DNA from: Candidatus Thorarchaeota archaeon
GTDB taxonomy: Archaea; Asgardarchaeota; Thorarchaeia; Thorarchaeales; Thorarchaeaceae
Length of the DNA stretch: 64,000 nucleotides
Assembly (NCBI GenBank): GCA_046758445.1
Contig: JBHIAE010000001.1
Location: forward strand, 1 to 64,000
Reading direction: 5' to 3'
The notes beneath the pieces were generated by a model. The model searched no databases, was not told where the DNA came from, and saw only the letters and a program-made list of their open reading frames with translations. The position numbers and the translations under genes are program-made. Positions 48,270-58,128 of the stretch are shown here, in pieces. Every line of letters begins with the position of its first letter. Position 1 is the first letter of the stretch.

Positions 48270-49241
48270 CTATGCAAGAGTCATTGTGTCTATGCCAAGT
48301 TTGCGAACAATCTCCTTGTACCTATTCCGGACTGTCACCTCAGTGACGCGCGCCACTTCTGCGATTTCACGCTGCGTTCTTCTCTCATCAAGCATGATTG
48401 ATGCAACATAAATAGCTGCGGCAGCCAGACCTAGGGGATCTCGTCCAATCGTTAGTCCTATGTCCCGGCTTCTCTGAAGTATCTCGACAGTTCTCAGTTG
48501 AACGGGACTGGATAGTGATAGCTGAGAGGCGAATCGTGAGATGTAGTCAATTGGATTGCTCAAAGGAATCTTGATGGCCAGGGACCGGAGAAGAAGTCTA
48601 TAGCACTGTCCAAGTTTCTTCTTGTCAACTCGAGAGGCGTCAGCCACTTCGTCAAGGGGCCTGGGTTTCTTCCTTATTCTGCAGGCGGCATACAACGTCG
48701 CAGCAACCATCGCCTCGATTGACCTTCCTCGAACCAGCTTCTTTAGGATGGACTTCCTGTACAGGAGTGCGGAAAGCTCTCTAATTGGCTTGGGAATCCC
48801 TAGTTGAGAGGCTAGCCTCTCAAGCTCAGACATAGCTTGGGCCAAGTTTCGATCCATTGAACTATGAACCCGAGACCTGATTTGCCACTTTCGCAGTCTG
48901 TATATCTCTGATCTTCGCGTAGGACTCAGCTTCCTCCCAGCAGTGTCTCTGTCACGCCAGTCTATGACTGTGGAGAGACCCTTGTCGTGGACCGTGTATC
49001 TGAGGGGTGCACCAACGCGGCTTCGGGCGTCAGCTTCTTCAGAACTGAACGCTCTCCACTCTGCTCCAGAATCGATTCGGTGATCAGAAAGGACCAGACC
49101 ACAACCACCACAAACACGTTCACCACGTGTTAGATCCTCGACCACAGCGTTAGAGCCACACTCAGGACACATCTGAGTCTCGCGCCCTACGCCGCTGGTG
49201 TGGCTACCCCTCTCTGAAGCATCACCACGCATACGATCCAA
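48270..49241 (-). CDS. tfb: Transcription initiation factor IIB (paralog 2)
   Basis: CPECG...CGGCG, GAEWRAF, RGRS, GRDP, TEVTVRNRYKE. Confidence 0.96.
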   Translation of the reverse strand: MDRMRGDASERGSHTSGVGRETQMCPECGSNAVVEDLTRGERVCGGCGLVLSDHRIDSGAEWRAFSSEEADARSRVGAPLRYTVHDKGLSTVIDWRDRDTAGRKLSPTRRSEIYRLRKWQIRSRVHSSMDRNLAQAMSELERLASQLGIPKPIRELSALLYRKSILKKLVRGRSIEAMVAATLYAACRIRKKPRPLDEVADASRVDKKKLGQCYRLLLRSLAIKIPLSNPIDYISRFASQLSLSSPVQLRTVEILQRSRDIGLTIGRDPLGLAAAAIYVASIMLDERRTQREIAEVARVTEVTVRNRYKEIVRKLGIDTMTLA

Positions 49242-49451
49242 AGCTGCTCCTCCGTGACGGTTCGAACCGGTAAGAGTATGCCAGAAGTCAACGGTCTAGT
49301 CAGTGCTTTAGAAGACAGTTTCCCGGTACTACATACACCAAAAGCAAAATCACGCTTTTAATTGTTCTGAAAAGATTCAATCTTTGCGGTTGACGATAGC
49401 GGACCTCTCGATAGACAGCGCGGTGCTTGTTTCTGCGTCGTGCAGCGAGTC

Positions 49452-50420
49452 TTACGTCGTCTGCTCGGTTCCATCGGCCGTGATGATGACTGTGTGCTCA
49501 GCCTGAGATACAAACTCACCCTCTTCCTCAGCAAGAATGTAGTGGGCAATGAGTGCTCCGTTCTTCTGAAGCTCTCTTATAGCTAGCTCCAGGTCCGCCT
49601 TTCTTAGCTGCTCTGCCATCCACCTCTTGGCAAATGGGAACTCCTTGAAGTCCCTTCGAGCAATGCTCAAGAATCGCTTTGTGCCCTTGAACCTTACTGG
49701 AACTCTCACAGGGAGCATCTGGAAGATGAGAGGATCAGGAAGGTCAGACACATTCCCTGATCCCGTGCTCGCGAAGGTTTCTACGGCATACACCTCACCT
49801 TCCTCAACCAGAACCTCGGACTTCCCTGAAACACAGGGCACCTGCTTCTCCCCATGCAGCTCGTACTCATTCAACTGATGGCCAGACAGCTGCTTGATGG
49901 GTTCGAATCCAGCACTCTTGATGGTGTCCTCAATCAGAGCTCCAATGGTGTTTAGCTTGGCGCCGGGTCTCAGCATCCTAATAGCAACCTTCGTGGCATC
50001 TTCAGATGCCTTTACGAGGCTCTCATACTCCGGGTCTAGTGCAACTGTGAATGCACCGTCTGATATACAACCGTCGACATGAGCTCCACAATCAACGGTG
50101 ACCAGATCGCCCTCCTGAATGACCGTTTCGTCAGCCAGAGGAGACGTGTAGTGTGCAGCAACGTGGTTGATAGCAACGTTACAGGGGAACGAGATTCCCG
50201 TGGCGTTCTCTCTGATGTGGTTCTCAACAGCGTCGACAATGTCTATCACTTTGGCGTCCGGTTTGACCATCGGTCGGGCAATTTCGAGTGCCTCTCTCGC
50301 CACGACTCCTGCCCGCCTCCATTTCTCCCACTCGTCTTCTGACTCTTCGGATTCCCTAGTCTTGGCTTCCTTGTCTTCGGACACTGTCTTCACCCTTCTG
50401 GTCTTCTCTGGTGTTCGCAT
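49452..50420 (-). CDS. map: Methionine aminopeptidase type II
   Basis: FPCN, AAHY, DCGAHVDG.ISD, LSGH, AVETF, QAEHT; start may be GTG 50384. Confidence 0.94.
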   Translation of the reverse strand: MRTPEKTRRVKTVSEDKEAKTRESEESEDEWEKWRRAGVVAREALEIARPMVKPDAKVIDIVDAVENHIRENATGISFPCNVAINHVAAHYTSPLADETVIQEGDLVTVDCGAHVDGCISDGAFTVALDPEYESLVKASEDATKVAIRMLRPGAKLNTIGALIEDTIKSAGFEPIKQLSGHQLNEYELHGEKQVPCVSGKSEVLVEEGEVYAVETFASTGSGNVSDLPDPLIFQMLPVRVPVRFKGTKRFLSIARRDFKEFPFAKRWMAEQLRKADLELAIRELQKNGALIAHYILAEEEGEFVSQAEHTVIITADGTEQTT

Positions 50421-50456
50421 TTATGACAGATAAAAGAGTGACGGAATGAAGACCGT

Positions 50457-50849
50457 CTACAGGATGCTCGCTATCCGCTTTGCGACCCTTGTCATCATGA
50501 AGAACATGTAACCGATATTGGCACCCTTGGTTGTCAGCACAGATAGAATCGATTCCTCACCTGCATCGCAGATGATAACATAGCCAGAATCGCCTTCAAT
50601 GAGCATTCTCACAAATGGTCCCCGCTTCAGCTGCTTGAAGACTTTCCGGGTTTCTGACTCTATCTGAGTACACCTGCCTGCTATGACATCTTCCTCCGGC
50701 ACAACTGTAGAGTCAAAGCCTTCAGGAAAATGGGTGCAGATAGGAAGTCCTTGTGACCTCGAGATAATCACACTTGCTTGGACATTGCCCTGGGAGGCTC
50801 GACTCAGGTCTTCGAGGAGTTCAGTGAGCATTTCTGTCTTCGAGGACAC
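50457..50849 (-). CDS. Roadblock/LC7 domain protein
   Basis: ASVIISRSQGLPI, MLIEGDSGYVII, ANIGYMF roadblock pattern; GTG start after GGAGG. Confidence 0.8.
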   Translation of the reverse strand: MSSKTEMLTELLEDLSRASQGNVQASVIISRSQGLPICTHFPEGFDSTVVPEEDVIAGRCTQIESETRKVFKQLKRGPFVRMLIEGDSGYVIICDAGEESILSVLTTKGANIGYMFFMMTRVAKRIASIL

Positions 50850-50922
50850 GGTTCGTATTCCTCCGCTTCGAGGCCTTTCGGTGAAAGAACCTTTCCAAGT
50901 ATTTAAGGATTCACTGAGTTGA

Positions 50923-51696
50923 CTAGAGTTTCTTGGCCCCTGCATCCTTCAGGGCCTTCACTATTCTCTCGAGACCCTCGCCCTTGTCCTTCTGAACATG
51001 CTTCTCAAGGTATGTACCCTGTACCACGATTGAGGCACCTGCTTCCACTCCACGAACCACCGACTCCGCATCATTGAAACCTCCTCCAACAATGATCGGT
51101 GTGTCGCAGTATTGAGTGACGGCAGAGATCATTTCAGGAGGAACTCCTCCGCCCTCTGCGCCACTTCCAGCCTCAAGATATACTAGCTTGTAACCGAGTA
51201 GCTCTGCAGCCAGTGCATACATCATGACAAGTTTGGGCTTGTCACGAGGAAAGCATTTGGCCTCTCCGACCCATGCTGCTGTCTTGCCTGGTTCAATCAG
51301 GAGGTAGGCCATAGGAATTGTTTCGATACCGGAGAGTTTCACTCTAACTGCAGCAAGGGCTTGAGCGCCGACTATGTAGTATGGATTGGAGCTGTTGAGA
51401 AGGCTCATGAAGAACATAGCATCAGCATGCTCAGTCACTCCGGTGATGTTGCCTGGGAAGAGAATTGTAGGAATGTCTACAGCCTCACCTATGGTCTTCG
51501 CCGCATCATCGATACCCCCGAATATCGTACTCCCGCCGATCATGATAGCGTCTGTTCCCGCGTTCTCTGCTAGTCGCGCAATCTCAGCGACTTTTTCGTT
51601 CTTCACCGTGAGTGGATCAGGGTCGAGCAGCGAGAAGTGGCAAGCGCCCTCCTCTTCTAGCTTCTCAGTGATGTAGTTCCACACTTTACCAGGCAT
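50923..51696 (-). CDS. Geranylgeranylglyceryl phosphate synthase
   Basis: LLDPD, MIGGS, FPG, SLLNS, YLEAGSGA, VGGG. Confidence 0.93.
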   Translation of the reverse strand: MPGKVWNYITEKLEEEGACHFSLLDPDPLTVKNEKVAEIARLAENAGTDAIMIGGSTIFGGIDDAAKTIGEAVDIPTILFPGNITGVTEHADAMFFMSLLNSSNPYYIVGAQALAAVRVKLSGIETIPMAYLLIEPGKTAAWVGEAKCFPRDKPKLVMMYALAAELLGYKLVYLEAGSGAEGGGVPPEMISAVTQYCDTPIIVGGGFNDAESVVRGVEAGASIVVQGTYLEKHVQKDKGEGLERIVKALKDAGAKKL

Positions 51697-51893
51697 GATG
51701 GATTGCCTCCGTGAGTAGGACCTCGGCGTTGGGACATGCTTTTTACGGTTTTGGTGGCTAAACGATATTGAATGTCCCACTAGCATTCATAGTTGGCGTT
51801 CCTTAATGCTTATTACCCATTCTGTTCGAACTCCTCGAAATCCTCGACTGATGTCGTGAGGGTTGAAGACCTCTGTATCGGGAATGAAGCCGG

Positions 51894-54428
51894 ATGACCG
51901 CGAGTGATCACGTAGATGGCGACAATGCGGAAGTCACAGAGCCTGATGTCGTATCAGGAACTGAAGAGGTCCGAATCGGAGTCTTCCCTTGTATGTGTGG
52001 GAAGAACATTGGCGCGGTGGTTGACATCGATGCGGTAGCCGAATATGCAAGTTCTCTGTCAGGAGTTGTCTTCGTTCAGACAAATAGGTACACTTGCGCT
52101 GACCCGGGACAGAAAGAGATTCAGGATGCAATCAAAGAACATAGTCTGAACAGGGTTGTGGTGGCCTCATGTTCACCCACGATGCATGAAGACACTTTCA
52201 GAAAGACTGTCAAAGCAGCAGGTTTGAATCCGTACCTCTGCGTCATGGCTAACATCCGAGAACATGTCTCATGGGTTCACGCGCACGAGCCCGAGAAAGC
52301 CACGCAGAAGGCGATGGAGCTTGTGGCAATGTCTGTGGCGAAAGCCGCTACCCTAGAGGCACAACCAGAACTCGATGTCCCAGTGACACAGGCGGCCATG
52401 GTAGTCGGTGCAGGAGTGGCAGGAATGCAGGCGGCTCTTGATTTGGCAGAGGCGGGATTCAAGGTCCATCTCATTGAGCGCATGCCCACCATTGGGGGAA
52501 TCATGGCAATTCTTGACAAGGTCTTTCCGCAGAATGATTGTTCAATCTGTATTCTGGGGCCCAAGATGGTTGACGTCGCGAAACACCCCAATATCAATCT
52601 GATAACAATGGCTGAGGTCGATGAGATTTCAGGTTATGTGGGTAATTTCAGTGTCCGGGTAAAACAGAGAGCACGCTACGTCGATCCTGACACGTGTACC
52701 GCTTGTGGAGATTGCGTAGAGGTCTGCCCTGTCGACGTTCCAAGCAGAACAGACCAGAACCTGACTTGGAACAAGGCCATCAGCATTCCATTCCCACAGG
52801 CAGTTCCGTCCTCGTACTACATCGATCCAGACGCCTGTCTTGGCATGGACTTGATACGGTGCGGGAAGTGTATTGACAGGTGCGAACAAGAGGCAATCAT
52901 ACCCTCTGATAAGGACAGAATAATCGAGTTCGATGTTGGAGTTATCATTCTGGCAACCGGTTTCTCTCCCGCGGACCCAAACAAGATACCAAGGCTAGGC
53001 TGGGGCCGATATCCTAATGTCATAACTTCGCTAGAGTTTGAGAGATTGATCAATGCGGCTGGGCCTACGGAGGGACACCTCGTGAAGCCCTCTGATCTGA
53101 CAAAACCTGAATCAGTCGCCATTGCTCAATGCGTTGGATCAAGAAGTATCAGCACACGAACCGGTTGTTCAAATTTCTGTTGTGCAGAATCTGTGAAGTG
53201 CGCTCTACTGATAAAGGAGCATCATCCCGACACTGAAGTCACTATCTATTACCAGGACCTTCGAATGCACGGAAAGTACTTCGAAGACCAGTATCTAAAA
53301 GCGAGGGAAGAGGGCATCAATTTCATCAGAGGGCGAGTAGGTGAGATTCAGCAATATCCCAACACCAAGAATCTACGGATAAGTGTAGAAGACACCACGC
53401 ACAACAAGCTGCTGATGGTTGATTATGACTTGGTCATTCTTTCGATGGGCGCGGAGGGCACAGCAGGAAACTTCCCATTGCCGATATCCTGCACCTCTGA
53501 CTCTTTCTATATAGAATCACATCCAAAACTTAGACCGGTAGACACCAGCTCAGCAGGTGTATTCATCTGCGGCGGAGCCGAGTCACCGAAGGACATTCGA
53601 GACTCGGTGATTCAGGCGAGTGCCGCTGCAGGTCGGGCAGCAATCATTCTCCAGAAAGGACGATATCCAATCGAAGCCCTGAGCGCCAAGATTCTCCAGG
53701 ACAGATGCAATCGATGTGGAACCTGTGTGAAGAGGTGTCCTTATGGTGCTATACTAGTGGATGGGACCGACAAACATACCGTGATGGGCGCCCTCTGCCA
53801 GGCCTGCGGCACATGTGCTGGAGACTGTCCCAAGGGTGCCATCTACATGCCCAATTTCACTGATGAGCAGATTGAGGCCCAGATTGAGATGGCCCTGAAG
53901 GATGATGCTTCAGGAAAGATTATGGCCTTTGCTTGTGCGTTCTGCTCATATCGCGGCTCAGATCTAGCAGGAGTTTCGCGAATGCAGTATCCAACTAATG
54001 TTAGAATCATCCGCTCCATGTGTTCAGGACGGTTCCACACCAAGTTTGCACAGAAAGCGTTTGACCTGGGTGCAGGCGCAGTGCTCTATTCTGGCTGTCA
54101 TCTGCCCTCTGATTGTCACTTTCAGACAGGGAACCACTGGATGGCCAAACGTGAACCTCGAATCCGTGGGTGGATGAAAAGGAACAAGATAGCAGACGAG
54201 AGATTTCGTGTAGAATGGGTATCTGCAGGTGAAGGCAAGAAATGGCAGACAATAATGACGGAGATGTCAGACGTTGCCGAGAACAACATGAAGACACTCA
54301 TAGCGAAACCCAAACCAAAATCAAGCGCGAAGCCTCGCCCCAAGGCGAAAAAGAGGACTAAGACTGCATCTGCCGGAGCCAAGAAGAGGAGCCCGAAGAA
54401 GCGTCAACCCAAGAAGCAGGTGAGATGA
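51894..54428 (+). CDS. hdrA: Heterodisulfide reductase subunit A fused to an MvhD domain
   Basis: CMCGKNI, ASCSP, GAGVAG, DCSICIL, inserted ferredoxins, QCVGSR...CSNFCC, C-terminal FACAFCSY...MCSGR...GCH..DCH...WVSAGEG (MvhD). Confidence 0.93.
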   Translation: MTASDHVDGDNAEVTEPDVVSGTEEVRIGVFPCMCGKNIGAVVDIDAVAEYASSLSGVVFVQTNRYTCADPGQKEIQDAIKEHSLNRVVVASCSPTMHEDTFRKTVKAAGLNPYLCVMANIREHVSWVHAHEPEKATQKAMELVAMSVAKAATLEAQPELDVPVTQAAMVVGAGVAGMQAALDLAEAGFKVHLIERMPTIGGIMAILDKVFPQNDCSICILGPKMVDVAKHPNINLITMAEVDEISGYVGNFSVRVKQRARYVDPDTCTACGDCVEVCPVDVPSRTDQNLTWNKAISIPFPQAVPSSYYIDPDACLGMDLIRCGKCIDRCEQEAIIPSDKDRIIEFDVGVIILATGFSPADPNKIPRLGWGRYPNVITSLEFERLINAAGPTEGHLVKPSDLTKPESVAIAQCVGSRSISTRTGCSNFCCAESVKCALLIKEHHPDTEVTIYYQDLRMHGKYFEDQYLKAREEGINFIRGRVGEIQQYPNTKNLRISVEDTTHNKLLMVDYDLVILSMGAEGTAGNFPLPISCTSDSFYIESHPKLRPVDTSSAGVFICGGAESPKDIRDSVIQASAAAGRAAIILQKGRYPIEALSAKILQDRCNRCGTCVKRCPYGAILVDGTDKHTVMGALCQACGTCAGDCPKGAIYMPNFTDEQIEAQIEMALKDDASGKIMAFACAFCSYRGSDLAGVSRMQYPTNVRIIRSMCSGRFHTKFAQKAFDLGAGAVLYSGCHLPSDCHFQTGNHWMAKREPRIRGWMKRNKIADERFRVEWVSAGEGKKWQTIMTEMSDVAENNMKTLIAKPKPKSSAKPRPKAKKRTKTASAGAKKRSPKKRQPKKQVR

Positions 54429-54914
54429 GTGACAGAGAAGACGCACATCGACAAAATCAAGGAGTCCGCCAGACCATGCTTTCAGTGTGGTATCTGTTCC
54501 TCATCCTGTCCTGTCTTCCGCGTTGCACCGGGAGTGAATCCTAGAGTAGCAATAGACTCCCTCGTTTCCAAAGGCGAAATCCCGGAGGAGGGAAACGAAT
54601 GGATGTGCGCATACTGTCTAATGTGCGACCAGCGTTGCCCGATGGGAGTTTCACTCACAGAGATACTGATAGCCGTCAAGAACATCTCTGCAGCGGAGGG
54701 AAAGGCTCCTCCTAGTATTGTGCAAGCAGTCGAATCATTCTTCGCAACGGGTGCAATCGCGCCTGGTTCTACTGGAGTGGAAAGAAAACGAAATGCGCTC
54801 GACCTCCCAGAACTACCCAAACCGAATGCCCAGCACATTCAGAAGTTGTTTGAGAATACTGGTGCCATGAAGATCCTAGAAGAGAACTTGGCAAAGGAGA
54901 GCTCTGTTAAATGA
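54429..54914 (+). CDS. hdrC: Heterodisulfide reductase subunit C
   Basis: CFQCGICSSSCP, WMCAYCLMCDQRCP. Confidence 0.9.
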   Translation: MTEKTHIDKIKESARPCFQCGICSSSCPVFRVAPGVNPRVAIDSLVSKGEIPEEGNEWMCAYCLMCDQRCPMGVSLTEILIAVKNISAAEGKAPPSIVQAVESFFATGAIAPGSTGVERKRNALDLPELPKPNAQHIQKLFENTGAMKILEENLAKESSVK

Positions 54915-55813
54915 AGTACGCGTTCTTCCCTGGCTGCACGATGGCATATCGACTGCCCTTTGCAGAGAAGTCTATCCGTATGGTTGCACCCAGTCTAGGC
55001 ATTGAACTTGTGGATCTCCCCTTCACTTGTTGTCCTGAGCCGAATGGAATAAGGTCCTTCTCTGATGACACTTGGCTTGTCTTTGCTGCTCGTAACATCG
55101 CTCTTGCTGAGGAGAAGAACCTGGACATCCTTGCGGCCTGTGCGGGCTGTCACGAGTCACTGTCCATGGCGAAGCATGAACTCGACACGAAATCGTTTAG
55201 GAAGGACCTTGCAAATGAGAAGCTCTCTGACATTGGTATGGAATACAAAGGCACTGCATCGATCAGCCATCTCCACCAGCTGTTGTTCGATAGCATTGGG
55301 ACTGAGGAGATAGCAAAGAAGGTAGTGAAACCAGTCTCCATACGAGTCGTCACGCACTCTGGCTGCCATTTGTTGAGACCTGAGAGCATCCTGCATGTTG
55401 ATAGTGCAGAAGCGCCCATCAAGCTGGACAAGCTTGTAGAAACCCTTGGTATGGAGTCTCTTGAGCACATGGACAAGACAATGTGTTGCGGAGCAGGAAT
55501 TCGAGGACAGGCCTCTGAAACCTCCTTTGCGGTTCTGAAAGAGAAACTCTCTAGTATGATGATGGTTGGTCCTGAGGCGGCGGTCGTCTTCTGTCCAACG
55601 TGCTTCATCTCTTTTGAGTCAGGACAGAGAATTGTGAATAGGATCTACAAGACTGACTTCAGACTGCCAGTATACTACTACACTGAGCTACTAGCAGTCG
55701 CACTGGACCTCTCTAATGTCGAGAGTGTGCTCGCCGAACATAGAATCAAGCCGGACATTCCGCTGATGAAGAGGGTACCTCAGGAATCAGGGAGTCCATC
55801 GACATCACCATGA
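54911..55813 (+). CDS. hdrB: Heterodisulfide reductase subunit B
   Basis: Two CCG domains: FPGC/TCCP/CAGC and SGCH/CCG/CPTC. Confidence 0.92.
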   Translation: MKYAFFPGCTMAYRLPFAEKSIRMVAPSLGIELVDLPFTCCPEPNGIRSFSDDTWLVFAARNIALAEEKNLDILAACAGCHESLSMAKHELDTKSFRKDLANEKLSDIGMEYKGTASISHLHQLLFDSIGTEEIAKKVVKPVSIRVVTHSGCHLLRPESILHVDSAEAPIKLDKLVETLGMESLEHMDKTMCCGAGIRGQASETSFAVLKEKLSSMMMVGPEAAVVFCPTCFISFESGQRIVNRIYKTDFRLPVYYYTELLAVALDLSNVESVLAEHRIKPDIPLMKRVPQESGSPSTSP

Positions 55814-55838
55814 ATTCATGACCAGAACCTAGCCATGA

Positions 55839-56489
55839 GTGTGCAAGAAAACGATGATGAGCGGAGACCTAACCGTAGGCATTCTGGCTGGTGGCGAGTC
55901 CTCTCGTTTCAGGTCCGAGAAGAGTCTTGCTGATTTCAGAGGGAAGCCACTGGTTTCACGAATGATTGAGATTGCGAAGCAGTTGTCAGACAATGTGCTA
56001 GTCGTTGTGTCAAGTGAGGAAGGAAACAAAGCTGTCAAGGACATCATCGGCGAAACAATGGTTGTGGTAGACCCCGATGAGTCTATAAGATGTGCACTGA
56101 CCGGAGCGCTCACTGCTTTCGAACACACAGACACTTCCTATACGCTTCTTTTGCCTGTTGATACTCCTCTCGCAAACGTGCAACTTCTGAGAACCCTATA
56201 CGACCTGCGTGCAGGGCACGGTGCGGTAGTCCCTTCTTGGCCCTCGGGATACATTGAGCCTCTCCATGCAGTCTATCTGGCAGAACACGCCTACTCAAAG
56301 GGGATGAGAGTTTCCAGTGAAGGCAAGTACAGAATGAGAAACCTTCTGGATAGTCTGTCAAATGTAATGTATGTTTCAACAATGGTTCTGAAGGAGATAG
56401 ATCCGGATTTGCAGACTTTCACCAACATCAATACAGAGTCTGATTTGAGAGAGCTGGAAAGCAGAGCAAAAAGAAAGACTGGAAACTAG
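55839..56489 (+). CDS. mobA: Molybdenum cofactor guanylyltransferase
   Basis: ILAGGESSRF..EK, PVDTP, EPLHAVY, FTNINT. Confidence 0.88.
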   Translation: MCKKTMMSGDLTVGILAGGESSRFRSEKSLADFRGKPLVSRMIEIAKQLSDNVLVVVSSEEGNKAVKDIIGETMVVVDPDESIRCALTGALTAFEHTDTSYTLLLPVDTPLANVQLLRTLYDLRAGHGAVVPSWPSGYIEPLHAVYLAEHAYSKGMRVSSEGKYRMRNLLDSLSNVMYVSTMVLKEIDPDLQTFTNINTESDLRELESRAKRKTGN

Positions 56490-56528
56490 GTTCCTCGTGA
56501 GTTCTCACTCACATGAGCTTCTCAGATA

Positions 56529-56849
56529 CTAGATGTCCTCAGACTTGATGTCGTCAAGTATCACCATCGACACTCCGAGAGTGACGGACAGTCGACCAGC
56601 CAGTTCCTTCGGACTGATGTCTGGATTCTTTGACAGGATGACGTCCCTGGTATATCCTGCCAAGCTCGCATAGCGCGGGTTCTTTCTGGCGGTTTCGACC
56701 AGAATATCCCAGAGAGGATGTGTCTTGAAGTCTGTTAGATTGATCTCGATATGACGAGTCGATTTGGTCTTCCTACGATGACCAGGAGGGTTGTCTTCAG
56801 AATCAGACGTGCTATCATTGGTGTGTCTTGTGAGTCGCTCCTGCTTCAA
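56529..56849 (-). CDS. Hypothetical protein with C-terminal HTH-like segment
   Basis: NPDISPKELAGRLSVTLG. Confidence 0.55.
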   Translation of the reverse strand: MKQERLTRHTNDSTSDSEDNPPGHRRKTKSTRHIEINLTDFKTHPLWDILVETARKNPRYASLAGYTRDVILSKNPDISPKELAGRLSVTLGVSMVILDDIKSEDI

Positions 56850-57099
56850 GTCTGCATCACTTACCTATTCCCGGCGAGAGTCTTGGGTAGAGGCTCTCTG
56901 ACCCAATGTGCTGACCTGTGATATAAGGGTTCGGACGTCAATCACGATTGAGTAGCGTTCGGCATCTGATGAACCCGAGGGCTACTTCGAAACCTGTGTT
57001 CTCCGTCATGATACACTTGACTTGCCCTGACGTAAGGTTTAACAGGAGTCTCCCAGACCAGAAGGCCAAGAAACAAGACCCAAAGGTCAATTTCGGAGT

Positions 57100-57405
57100 A
57101 TGACTTTATTGCCTCAAGGCATTAGAAGAATTGTTCTTGACGTGCTTAAGCCTCACACACCTAGGCTCACTGACCTTGCTCTTATGCTCTCAAGATGCGA
57201 GGATGTAAACGGGTTGAACATCTCCTTGAAGGAGGTTGACCAGAACACGGAAAGCATCACCATCACTCTTGAAGGTGATGACCTGCAGTATGAAACCATT
57301 AAGGAGATTCTCGAGCAGGCAGGCGCTGTGATACACTCAATCGATCAAGTGGTTGCTGGAAAGCGATTTGTAGAGGAGGTTACTCTCCAGCCAGAGAACT
57401 CGTAA
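57100..57405 (+). CDS. DUF211 family protein
   Basis: IRRIVLDVLKPH, GAVIHSIDQV. Confidence 0.9.
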   Translation: MTLLPQGIRRIVLDVLKPHTPRLTDLALMLSRCEDVNGLNISLKEVDQNTESITITLEGDDLQYETIKEILEQAGAVIHSIDQVVAGKRFVEEVTLQPENS

Positions 57406-58002
57406 TCAGGTCTTTTGTCGTCCATCAAGTTGGTCTAGGAGCCGCTTGCTTTCCTCCTCGATCTTTCGCTGCACAAGACGGTGCAGCTCGTGCTCAAAGG
57501 TAGGTGGAACTACCTTGACCACACTGCAAAGTCTGTCCACAATCTTGTCGGCCAACGCATTCGGTGACACAACGCTGCCTTTTACTATCCCCTGTACGAC
57601 TTCCTCTCCCACACTGCCCATCACAATGGAATCGACGACACTCAATATGGTGCCCCTAGGGTCGACATAGAACGGGTTGCGACTGCTGTCGTATAGGACT
57701 ATGAACCCAAGCTTCTCGATGATGCTGTCAGTATACCATTCAAGACTTGACTCCTTCATTCGAAGCCTGTTGGCGAACTCGGTCTTGGTGAGAGGATTGG
57801 GATGGCTCCAGGGGTGTCTTGTTACAACATAGAGGGCAGCCCCAAACAGTGGATCCACCTCACGAGGTGTGCCCTCTTGGGAAACGTATCTTCTGACAAG
57901 ATCAAGCGCCATGCTTTCGTATCGCTCATCTATCTTGTTCTCAGTGTAGAACTCGTGAGCGTCCCTGATCACTTCCACTATCACCTGTGGACTAACCACC
58001 AT
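57406..58002 (-). CDS. Protein with a single TFB/cyclin-fold repeat
   Basis: ALDLVRRY...DPLFGAALYVV...LTKTEFANRLRMKESSLEWYTDSIIEKLG aligns by eye with the TFB C-terminal repeat. Confidence 0.55.
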   Translation of the reverse strand: MVVSPQVIVEVIRDAHEFYTENKIDERYESMALDLVRRYVSQEGTPREVDPLFGAALYVVTRHPWSHPNPLTKTEFANRLRMKESSLEWYTDSIIEKLGFIVLYDSSRNPFYVDPRGTILSVVDSIVMGSVGEEVVQGIVKGSVVSPNALADKIVDRLCSVVKVVPPTFEHELHRLVQRKIEEESKRLLDQLDGRQKT

Positions 58003-58128
58003 GCTCTTCTCAAAGTGGGTCAAGGTCCTTGGCGCTCCTAACGTGCAAACCCGAAAACAAGACTGAGGGAACTGGACTGACATTAATACTTTTGCACATG
58101 AAGAACAGGTGAGTTGTTGTTGGCGCGC

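Noticed and set aside
56961-57010. Hammerhead-like core CUGAUGA...CGAAAC...GUC in an intergenic region
   Set aside because: The motif order is right, but stem I is only 3 bp, stem III only 2 bp and stem II starts with an A-C mismatch. The nearby palindrome TCAATCACGATTGA (56938-51) fits a DNA operator better.
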